Source: Fimbriosthenelais zetlandica
Taxonomy: Eukaryota
Direction: 5' to 3'
Assembly (NCBI GenBank): GCA_977030845.1
Contig: OZ365114.1
Coordinates: 16,058,001-16,122,000, forward strand
Length of the DNA: 64,000 nucleotides
Position 1 is the first letter of the stretch, and each line of letters opens with the position of its first letter. Below the pieces are notes generated by a model that made no database searches, was not told where the DNA came from, and worked only from the letters and a program-made list of their open reading frames with translations. The translations under genes were made by a program, and so were the position numbers. Of the stretch, positions 1 to 11,235 are shown in pieces.

Positions 1-1756
1 CTCATCTTTCTTCTCTGTCTTTCTTGTTTTGTTTTCAGCACCACATGATTCTCATTTCACGGTCTATTTGCAAATCTCAGAGAAGTTCTGTTCTAAGTCC
101 GTGTCTCCCTTATGTCAACATCACATATGATCATTTCACAGAAGATTCCTGACATTAATCTCTCAAAGCGAAATATTCCAAGTCATCTTGTATCATCTTG
201 GTGCATTTCAAGTTTGAGTCACACTTTCATCTGTAGGTATAGGCTTATCAAATATTACTTTGTTCTGCTGTCATTCAGTGTGTTTCTCCTCTTTGTCACA
301 CATAAGAGAGAGGCATAATCTTCATATCCCAAGGTGCATGTCGCTGTCACAGACAAGGAGTCTCTTTTCTGATTCAGGATTGCCTTGCATGTTGGGTATG
401 AAATCATGATACTTCCCTATTATGCCTATAGATACACACAGACAGCAACGGTACAACAAAGCCAAATTGAGCACGAGATGATATTTCAATGGTTCATACG
501 CAGATACTTCAGACATTGTTTCCCTTTGTCATTTTCTGGGTTGGACAATGTTTAATAGAAGTGTTTTAAATGTCATGAGCCCTTAGGAATAGAGGGCCTG
601 CCAAAGAAACTCTGGAGTCTAGATGAAAATTCAGATCTGAATCCATTTGTTGTTAAAAATATACAATATTACAAAATACTGGCGGTCTTTCAAAGCATTT
701 AGTTTATCGGGCTAGAGCTGCCGATCTTGAATTGAGCTGTACTAGCTAAGAGCGAAATGCTGTTGAACTATACTGTATATAAAAGATTTTGAAGCAAACA
801 TAGAAAAGCTATTGCCAGTCATTGTGACGGAATCACTTGAGGGTTTTATCCTTCATTATTTTTATCTGTTTATTACATGCCTACTGTGGACAAGTAATGC
901 ATTGATGTCAGCTCTCATATTCCTTCACCAAATGGAGACGTTAAGTGAAGGGTATTTTAAAAATCAGTTGAGTCAGGACTAGTCTTGGTGGATTTTTTTA
1001 TTCACATTATACAATCTGAAATGATTGTATCTATCAGACATAATAGAAAGCGTTAGTGGTAGTTTTCCACTTTGACATACTGTAAAAGACTTCAAGAGCA
1101 TACAAAGGAACAGTCTTGAATATATATTCCTCCAGGGGTAGGTTGTAGCTTGGATTAAACATTTGCATATTTAGGAAGTTCTGTGCATTACGATGGCATT
1201 TTAAACTATCAAGAGAGAGTGACTAGGAATTTCTATGACCTATGGCGATGTATGTAATGAGCAATTAGATATTGCTTTAAAGGTTAGAGCTGCCAAAGAC
1301 TTGAGTAACACAATGGATTAAATGAAAGTTGTCGTAAAAGGGCAATAGTAATGCTAAATGGAAATTCATGACGGTGGTTCTTAATTTCAATTTCATGATA
1401 GATCAAGTATAGATCATAAGAGATAATTACTTTTAACTGATACCAAACATCCTGGGGGAAAACACTCAGAATTCTCCATTGAGAGTAGTACAATATGAGA
1501 GGTTGTATTCTCTTGGAATGTTGAATCAATTTGAATGTTTTTAGCATATCAATGTATAGTCACAATCCCCGAGTATCTTTCTTCACAAAATAATGAGGCA
1601 AACTTTGCTTCCCAATCAAACTAACAGCTCCCACGACGAACTGGATCCTCAACCTCTCACAACAACCAGGCACAATGAATGTCTCCAACAACAGGCTTTG
1701 AAAGAAAACAGCCATTATACATTACTTTAATGCTTTTTAGGCCACCCCAACCCCGA

Positions 1757-1772
1757 CTCTCTCTCTCTCTCT
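1757..1772. repeat. (CT)8 microsatellite
   Basis: Read directly from the sequence. Confidence 0.9.
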
Positions 1773-4700
1773 CCCAACAGGCTTCCGTATTATCCATTGG
1801 GTGGCTTACATTTGATAGGTTTTGCTCTTAATCTTTTGTCTTTAAAAAGGGAGAACTATTAGATAAGCTGCTATATGTCTATTGGAGAGATAATCCTGCA
1901 CTTTGTGGAGTAGTACTGGGAGTGGGAGGAGTGGTGTTCATCAAATAAAGTGATTGCTAGTGTTTGTTCTCCGCTGGGATTGACTCTTGAACAGGAAGCG
2001 GCGGTAGTGATGGAAAGTGTTTTGAAATGACTGTTTAACATTTAGCACGCAGGCTCCCCATCGGTTTCCATTTGCATTTAGTTAGCAATCTATTCATATG
2101 TCAGTCTCAGCAAAGACCGTCATAATTTTGTATGTGTTATTTAACGACAGTCCAGTGCACAATGTTATTACTTTTTCACCCAGAAACATTGTTTTTTCAG
2201 CCCGTCAATTACACTATGACATATTTGGTTCGTGCATGAAGCTACAGATTCCCATTTCAATCATGAACCCATCCTTCATGTTCATGTATATGGGTATTTT
2301 CTGACTTTTCATCTAAGAAAGGCACTCCTTCAATATAAAAAATACAAATACCAACACCGAAAGCTTGTGCATGTACAAGCTATTTCGCCACTAAATACTT
2401 TATGTTCAGAATTACAGGAATAAGGAATGGCTACAAACTCAGCTTGTCAGTTTGTATTTTATTTTTTCCTGGACCATGAAGCAAACTTCCCTTTGTGCAG
2501 AGTCTATGCCTATACCATACAATGATGGTGGCGTGGTAACAGGTCGTAAAAAAGCATTTGACGCTGTTTTCTCCACACTGCCTGCCTCAGCTGCTTCACA
2601 CTTGCCACCCTAGAGAAGATATGTGTATTAGCAGCTGAGGACACACTCTCTAACCCAGTACTATGTCAAGCCCACTACTTCCCCACAAAATCTGACAGGA
2701 ATATAAAGTTACGTGAGCATTTTGGACTCTTTCTTTCAAAACATGCACCATCTCAAAATTTCACATTGTCCTTACAGTTTACTTTTATGATTTAAGTTGC
2801 ATAAACAGTTTCATGATACTTACACGTTATATAATGGAATAGATAATGATTAAAATATGTAATAAGTTGGAAGATTCCTCACTTGATATAACAAAGCAAT
2901 AACACTAGATTGATGCTACATTAATGGCCTTCCGGAGGGCTCTACTTGCCGTTGACTGGGACTTTTTATTGCCTTCAGGGATTTCCACTGTTCAGACTGG
3001 ATTAGTCTTATTGTTTTTGTCCCTGTAGCCATAGTAATAGAGGCCTTGGATCTGGGAGAATCAGCCTTGGAAGGAATTGGATCAAAGGGCATATATAGAG
3101 TGACAAAGGGACAAAGTAGCAAATCAATCCCACTCCCAAAGTAATGCTGATTTGTTCTCATTTTGAGGTATAACACTCATTAATGAAAGCCAATGAACCC
3201 ATGGAGAATGCTTTGCCACATGGTGTCATTACAACTGGTCACAAACTGTGAATAACATGAAGAAAGATGGGACAACGCCCTAATGCGAGACACTTCAATT
3301 AGCTATTGTATCAATCTCTTCCTCTCTCACCCCCCCCATCTCTCGCCCCCATTTCTCTCTGCTTCCATGATTGCTATAGTTAAGTACATGTATCTGTAAT
3401 GTATTATGCACATGTACATGTATGCACAGGAAGTAAAGCGCATTGCATGTGATGTCCCTGTGATGGCTTCTAACTAAAGAATAGCATATATGTTCTGGTA
3501 GATAGTATTAATAGTTTCTTGTCCCTACAATATATATATGGTGACCTTTAAAAGTCTTAAAATGTTAGTTCCCTGTAGAATCCATGGAAGAATATACCCA
3601 TATATGTATTTTTTAAGTTGACGATGCCGCTGCTTTCCCATGAAAATATGACAGTGTTATTTCTATCTATAAAGGGTATTAAGTTACTTTTACTTGTTTA
3701 TGTAAGTCCTCTTTGTCTTACATTTCGTGGTCTAAACACTACCCCTTCACATAGCGTTTCGTGGTTATAGCTGTCCTTCTATAGTTACAATTCAGTTCAT
3801 TCAAATGAATGATCATGGAGCACATCGCTGTTGTTCAAATTCGGCCTGCAAAACAGGATAAGAAAAGCTTTGCTATATGATATTGCGTTTGGGAATTTTA
3901 AGACGAAAATGGATATGCTGATTTGGTGAAATTTGTTGAAGTCTCAGGCAATGAAGGTAAAAATTCCGGAAACTAATGACTATGCATAATCTGCCATCGA
4001 ATGCATGATGCAGTAAAAACAATGTAAAATACTTATATATAGGAGTCCCATGACTAATTATCATTAGGTTTGGACTATCCGCAATTAATGAATCATTAGT
4101 AACATATTAGTTAAGATCGTGCTGAGAGCAATGGCTCTTGTACTTCCTTGGCTTATCTAGATTCATTCCAAAGGGGAAGTCAGTGATAACAGATGAAGTA
4201 ATGAAGCGATATAAAACTACAACAACACTTCATGGTAAATCAACTATTTTTTCAATACTTGAATGTTGTTCTGTCTAGTTGAGGTTATGATTTATGAATA
4301 ATGGTTGGTTTTTTTCTGTAGCAAGGGTATCAGTTGAAGCAGCTGTGGGCGATAATAAAGTAGATTTGATCATCTTCTTGAGGAGATTAATAAGAAGGAC
4401 ACAGGAAGTGATACATCACCCAGCGGAAGTCATCATGCTGCTCTATCTGGGCAGGCAATGGATGCTGATTCGCGGCAGGAATATAAAGTGTGGGGTCTAT
4501 TTGACACAAGGGATGTCATAGACACCTAACAGTAGTCAAAATTCACGCTACTGGACCATGATTTATAATGGACAGAGCTGAAGAGAAATGGTTAGAATAA
4601 TTAGACTTTACAGAAGAGGCAGTCCATAAAAAAACAATAATCCTCGCACGCACATGATCACATCATGAAATATATGCAAGGGAATTTTATGCTGCAATAG

Positions 4701-6085
4701 AATAATATATCCGTTTCCTTTGCTAAGTACTTATGAATGTTTTAGATGTGAAAAGAAAGGATGACAGCCACAAAATACCGAGAGCAAATGTGTATGCTAC
4801 ATAAAGTCTGCCTGCTTTGCTTGCTAAGGGCCAGTCTGAGTCTTTGCAAAACCATTTAATATTGAATAACTGACAAAGCAGGCCTCTCAGGAATGATGCA
4901 TCACTTGAAATTCTACACAAACACAATCTCCATATCTTTGACATTTTCATTCATGTATTGACACAGTCTGACAAGCTTGCAAGTTGGAGCTTTGTGTACC
5001 TAGCTTATCTATACTGTCCAGCGACATAATGCATCAGCCAGGCCTGTGATATGATAAGGTTTTTGCAGAACCGGGGAAAGACACATCTGACTTGTGTCTG
5101 GGACTGAGACTGAGGAGCAAAGGTCAGTCCTTTTAGACCTTGTGTATGAATGCCAAACCGCATGCTCATGCACAAGATGCATTAATGTATTTGCATAAAT
5201 CTTGTCCCCTATGATACGGTCCCATGGGTGCATAGAGGACCATGTCACCCAACATGATGACGCGCCATCAGAATCAGATGGACACGTGCGAGAAGAAAGG
5301 TACAAATCGATGCTCTCAGAGAGGAGGACCTTCTGTATAGATACTAGTGTTCCAGCCCTGGGGCATTCCTTGTTTCTTTGTTATGACAGTTACAGCTGGA
5401 TAGGAAAACCTAAAATACTCACACAGTGCAAGGTTGTGGAGATGGTGGCAAAGGGCTTCAAGAGCAGCTCACAGGATTATCTAGCAGGAAAATAACGCCC
5501 TGACCTATAATAACCCGAAGATAAGGGCCGAAATGAACTGACTGTGATGGTTCAAAGAGCCAGCCTCCCTTATTGAAGCATATACAGTATCAAAGGCCCA
5601 ACAATGTCGTCTGGCCTCCAGGCATGTCCTCATGTAAGACTTTGTGTTCAGATAGAAGTTAATCTGAAGTGTTAGGAATCATAATGTCAGATGCATACAT
5701 GTATGAAAGCTATGTGGTTACAGCATGGCATGGTGAATGAAAGCTTTGAATCACCTACTTTGAGTCACCCCTCAGCTTCGTTCTCTTTCTGGACAGGCCA
5801 TATCAGATCCGTACCAAACACAAGGTACAATTGCCCTATATTATTATACACCTTTGATGGTTCTTTACAGTGGCTGGCATTTACCAGCAATCAGTGGGCT
5901 CAGGTTAGTTATTCACTTAAAAGTCAATTGTCCTCTACTCCTTGAACAAAGAGTCAAAAGGAAGAGGTCTGTGTTCATGTATTCCCTCCGCAATTCAAAG
6001 GATCATACTTTTGAAATGAATAATGATGGTATAGGTGAAATGTTCCCTTATTGAAATCCATCCTGGTTTAGTCAGTGTCATTGCC

Positions 6086-6725
6086 GGACTTGGTACCTAA
6101 ATTGGGTACCTATCTGCATCATTGGCTTGTGAAGATATGGGTATGAAACTTTGCAAGAATTGTAAGTCTTGTATATCTAATGGATATCGCAAATGATATG
6201 ACACACTAATTGGGTACCTACCCAGGATCATTGCCTGGTGATTCTTGCAGTGATCCTTGCAAGTAGAGCTTGTCTACAAGACAATAAACTGCAAGTACAT
6301 CAATTGATTCTAGAAAATGATATATATGTATTACAAGAATAGGAAGGCAAGAGTCAGCAATTGAGATATCCCTCGCCAGAATGTAGACTCCCATGCACCC
6401 AGTCCATATAGCAACAGGCATCTGTAACCTAGCTCCTTCCTTTGGAGGATATATGTGTATGAAACTTTGCAAGAATTGCAAGTGAAGTATATCTGATGGA
6501 TATCGCAAATGATCTGGCACACTAATTGGGTACCTACCCAGGATCATTGCCTGGTGATTCTTGCAGTGATTCTTGCAAGTACAGCTTGTCTACAAGACCA
6601 TCAACTGCAAAAGCAGTACTGGTAATGTATACAATTGTAGTTATATGCTAGATTCGTAAAAAAAAATAAAAAAAATGTCCAGATTGTGCCGGGTGACTCA
6701 TACCCTACGTCACCCACGGGCCTGA
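6086..6725 (+). mobile_element. Non-autonomous Helitron/Helentron-like (HINE-type) element with internal tandem units, copy 1
   Basis: A ~154-bp core (gtatgaaactttgcaagaattg...cttgtctacaagac..aactgcaa) occurs at 6141 and 6457 (period 316 bp). The 3' stem-loop is gggtgac(6691-6697)/gtcaccc(6709-6715). Core, spacer and tail all recur at 44.7-45.3 kb. The Helitron assignment is inferred from the 3' hairpin and CTAG seen in copy 2. Confidence 0.7.
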
Positions 6726-8391
6726 ACTTTACTATGAGATGAAATACACTTCTGTATATTCTGAGCATAGAGGTGTCATTTGCTGAAGAAGGTGGAATAT
6801 TTTGTTTGTAACAGAAAGCATGAAATGTCAAAGCAATTTGGTCATATTGGAAGGTCGGTGGGAAGGCCGCGATGATTCTCGTTTCTGAGCCAGAATAGAA
6901 AGTTATAGAAAGGCTATTCACTGTGTCGATGAATCAGGTCAGCAACTTGGGGCTTGATGTAAGACATATTTCAAGGGAATGAAATGTATCCGACACCTTG
7001 GTATATTGAGTCCACATTGACAGGACCCTTAGGTGTTACATGATAAAGGAGGTGACCTGATCACAGAGGGTCAAACTACTTCCAGGACACGTTACCTAAA
7101 ATTACCTCTTTTGCCGTCTATACCCGGAAACAAACCCAATTCCATCCAGTCTGAGAGCAAAGCAGAAAAAGTCGCTCATCAAAAGAGTAAATGGCCTGTG
7201 AAAACGCAGAAGCAGCGATTGAAAATGGAAGGCTTTCCGGCTTCAATATTACGTGTTAATGGGGCCAATATCTGAGTGAAGGGAAGGGTTCGTGGCTGGG
7301 TTTGGGTTGAATAACTAATGGCTGCTGCATCCGATGCAGTTCTTGAAGGCGGGGGAAGTTGTTAATGGGAGTGCTTGGGTGGGTATATATAGGAGACCCA
7401 AGGCGAGAAGTAAGTAAATTGGTCTCCTACATCATATGCCTCCTCTCTATGTGTGTTACCAGCTGTATCTGGTCCACATAGGGTATTTTCCCTGAGGCAG
7501 AAAAAAATAAAACAAAATCTCTCCTGGGTATATTGAATCTAAAATGGCTCAGCTGTCCTTTACCAGGGCTTTCTGCTCGTCTATAAAACATACACATATA
7601 AACCCTTGACCTTCTGAAGTAAAGGTCTTTCCTCGCGACCTCCAGGAAGCTGGCTAGACTGCTGAATCAAGAGCCAAGCACTGCGAGCAGTGGTTTGGAC
7701 GTCAAATGATGCCTGCCAAATCCACAGATTGGGGCTTTTGATCTGGGAAATGATCCTATTTAAACAATAATAGTCGCCTATACGTTCAACAGCAGAAGCC
7801 CCTTCGTATTCGACTGTTTTTAGCATTGGTTGCAGTTTGGAAGTTGCTGACTATATAAGAGGAAAATGACCAAGTCAACATAGACCTATGGGATGTTTTG
7901 TATACATAGTGTCAAATGAAGTGATGGAAGTCCTTACTTTTCTTACTCATAATGAAGCATGAAGACATTTTGCTGACATTTGGCTGTGTGTATCTCATGA
8001 ATGCAGGGTGAGCAGTGCAAAATCTTGATGAATGTTTTGGACAGTTTGGATTCAGTCTGCTCAGTGAGTAATCCAACTTCATGATAGCTGTCAGTAGTGG
8101 GGTGGGTCATAAATCATACATCATTCCCACATGACCTTATATTCCACTCCATATTCAAGCTTCCCAAGCTCTCATATACATACCCAAGCTGCTGCTACTA
8201 CGTCTTATTCATGTGATTGATCAATGTGTTCTATATAATATATTATTTTCTCCATCAAATTTATCATTTCTCATAGCGTAGCTCCATCAAGGCTCCATGA
8301 CTTCAGTATGGGGAAATAGGTTAAAAGATGAATAGATGGCATGTTACAGATGTAAGTTGAAGTACGATGTAAGTTACTGTATACACGATTT

Positions 8392-8728
8392 GGAACCACC
8401 GCGGTGGTGTAGTGGTTAGAGTGTCCGCCCCGTGTGTGGAAGGTCGCTGGTCCGAACCGCGGCCGGGTCATACCAAAGACTGAAAAAATGGGACTAGTGG
8501 CTCCCTCGCTTGGCACTCAGCAAAAAGAGGACAGTACTAGGACTGGTCAACCCGGTGTCAGTATAATGTGACTGGGTGAGATATCATGTCATGTGCCTGC
8601 GACGTGATACCTCAGTGAGGCAGCACTATAAAAGAGCATTGGGCTCACTGTCACAAGTAGGCACCGTCATGATATAACTGAAAAATTGTTCAAAAGTGAC
8701 GTTAAACCCCATTCAATCAATCAATCAA
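8392..8728 (+). mobile_element. Full-length tRNA-derived SINE, Meta/MESC-domain type, with (TCAA)n tail
   Basis: tRNA-like head with A box tggtgtagtgg and degenerate B box ggtccgaaccg. Central ggccgggtcataccaaagac...cctcgcttggcactcagca matches my recollection of the Meta/MESC domain. The 3' end is gacgttaaacccca followed by (tcaa)4. Perfect 14-bp TSD tgtatacacgattt at 8378-8391 and 8729-8742. Confidence 0.9.
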
Positions 8729-9268
8729 TGTATACACGATTTAAATTATTATTTAACCTTATCTGATATGTCCATTATGATGACAAAGCTTATTATGCAG
8801 AATATTATCTCCAAAAGCTGAACTCAGCTAGAACCCAAACCTGCAGAAGAGCATAATTTGAGACTACAGCATTATCATTCATATTATGTTATTTTTAGCC
8901 ATCTCTCAATATGGGCAGACTTTTGGTGCTGAAATACTTTGGATCTTGCAGATAATTAAACTGTGTATGTGGAGAATTTCGGTGGGGGATATAGTGGAGT
9001 GAGGAAGGGTGTGACAGTGACATATGGTGCATAGAAAAGGAGAGGAATACATGGGTCAGTACTACTGGCTGGTGGATGTCCCATGGGTTTACCGAACATG
9101 ACTCGTGCTCTGCCTCTCTCATCCACATTAATCAAGGCTCTATTGAAAGCTTCTGCTTGCTGTCTGTTTGCCACAGTCCACCCTCCAACTAAAGGAAAAG
9201 TTCCCCAAACTTCGTGTCTCTAGTTGCAGCATTCATGCAGATCTGTATTTCTGAATAATTTTCCAAAT

Positions 9269-10165
9269 GGGCCGTTCTCCGGGGGGTGGTACCAAAAAAT
9301 GTCCACAAATGCAATTTCAATATTCAAAAAGCCACTGTTTCATCACTAATGCGAGTATTCCTTCAATTTTTTCTTTTTATTATGTCCCCAAGTCTATACT
9401 TTCGTTTCATATAATTTTTGTAAAAAAAAAAAATTTTTTTATTTATAAATTTTTTATTTCACTTTTAATGGTCAGTTTTCATTTTCGCGTGACACAGGGC
9501 TTTTCGATCGTCCATGTCACCATGGAAACAGTAATTTTAAAAAAATAAAAGATTTTTTTTTTATTATAACACATTTTTCCAGCGGTGAAGTTAGTCACTT
9601 TAATGGAGACATCAGTTCTTGCAAAAAAAAATCCATTTTATTATTTAAAATAGGGTATTTTGCAATGAGCGTTCTATTTTCCTAATTTAGCCTAATTTTT
9701 AATGTGTCACGCTCAAATGGATATTTTTTAACATTTTTTGCAATAAAAAAATATTTTTTTATATTCAGAATATTTTATTTTTTCATTACTATGAAATCAT
9801 GCACGGGAAACATTATAAAACCATTTTTGCGTTCATATTCCCAAAATTAAAGGCAGGAGAGAGGAAAAAGATGTGAATGTCCGTTCGGGGTTGTGACAGG
9901 ACAAGTGGTCAGGCTTTAATGGTACCGGACTAACTCGAGGGAGGTCGGTAGGGAGGGCAGAAAGGAGGCGGTCTCACAATGAAATCGAGGGACCCATGTT
10001 CAAACCCCTGTAAAATAAAAACTACTGGGAGTTAAAAATATGAGCAGTGGAATATTATCAGACATGATGTCTAGTTATGATAAAATATCATTAAAATAAA
10101 TTTTGAGACATAGACATTTTTCACATAATATGGCTGTTTTGGTACCATCGGCCAGAGAATGTCCC
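9269..10165. mobile_element. Non-autonomous cut-and-paste DNA transposon (MITE-like), Sola2-like
   Basis: 29-bp imperfect TIRs (9269-9297 vs reverse complement of 10137-10165, 23/29 identical), termini GGG...CCC, 4-bp TSD AAAT (9265-9268 and 10166-10169), and an AT-rich non-coding interior. The superfamily is inferred from the GRG termini and 4-bp TSD. Confidence 0.7.
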
Positions 10166-11139
10166 AAATATTCCCAAATGATATATATATATATATGATC
10201 TTGTCAATTATAACAAGGGTCATGTTGCTTTTTCAGAAATGAATGGGTATTTTCTGAAAGGGCTTGAAACTCAAAAAGGGACACTGCAGATTCTAATGCA
10301 CAATCAGAAACTGCTTTTCAGTGAGTTTTTTTTCTCAATAGAATATGGTCAATAGAAAAGTTAGGCATTGCTAAGATTGTGATAATAAATACTGAGCCAT
10401 GCAGACTAAACTGACCCATGCGAATAGCTACTAGATTATTTTGCTTAAAGATTTCGAAAAAGAACTCTTTCAATCTACAATAGAATATTGTTATGCTCTT
10501 CATGACTCTAAATGCCAGTAATGTATTTTCTTCTATTATTTTCGCACTCAAGTTCGAATTAATATCAATGTGGCAGACTCCATGTTGGACTAAATATTTT
10601 ACCATTAGAGTGTTTCCATGAAAGAAAAACTCCTCCTTGGTCCCGAGCAGAGAAGTAGTCCATGGCGCACACGATGGTTCACTTTGTCGTAAAAACAGCT
10701 CTTATTTCAATGATCGTTTCCACTAACATCTGCATTTTAACCACAAGTGGACGAGGCATGCATGGCCAGCCCGTATCTTTGTCATAAAATGGCAAGTTTA
10801 CATTTTTATTACTCAAACTGAAGTATAGTGGGTTTAATGGTTACATGAAATGGAATGTAGTGATCTGCAAGTTGCATTTAAACGCTGAAGTGCTTCAACG
10901 CACGCTTTCTGTTGGTTGCAATTTCTGCATGTCCCGATACTGCTTTTCAGCATCATACATGTCACATAAACGCCAGTCCTGTATTTGGCAATGCAGTTTT
11001 GTTTAAGAAGCAATTTTAAGACACAAAATGACAACATGAAAATAACACAGCTTCACGAGTTTCATGTTCAACAGATGAATAGTTGACCTTTAGAAAAGAT
11101 TTTCTTTCAATTACACGCACATTTTTCACTTCGTCCGTT

Positions 11140-11235
11140 TGGGTGACTACGTCTTCCTCATCACGTGAGACTGATAGTTCTGGCTGATGTCACATGATCT
11201 TGATGTAGGCAATCTGATTGGTGGATCACGTGCTT
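11140..11235. promoter_or_regulatory. Cluster of E-box/CLEAR-like sites plus CCAAT box in a CpG-enriched patch
   Basis: TCACGTGA 11161-11168, GTCACATGA 11189-11197, ATTGG 11217-11221, TCACGTG 11226-11232. Confidence 0.3.

Noticed and set aside
2916-3070. Possible terminal exon ADSPRSKASITMATG...GRPLM*
   Set aside because: Only a weak AAG acceptor and no homology; cannot be linked to other exons.
6141-6610. Repeat-spacer-repeat pattern resembling a CRISPR array
   Set aside because: Repeats are ~154 bp, the spacer is conserved between the two loci, the context is eukaryotic and there are no cas genes.
7390-7429. 9-bp inverted repeat containing outward-facing BsaI sites (GAGACC...GGTCTC), suggesting a synthetic insert
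   Set aside because: A single short hairpin with no vector, tag or codon-optimised sequence around it; chance is sufficient.
8392-8470. tRNA gene
   Set aside because: It is the SINE head: degenerate B box, no proper cloverleaf or Pol III terminator, and continuous with the SINE body and TSD.
10275-10289. 15-bp match aaagggacactgcag shared with 56939-56953
   Set aside because: Too short, with no extension of similarity or partner TIR.
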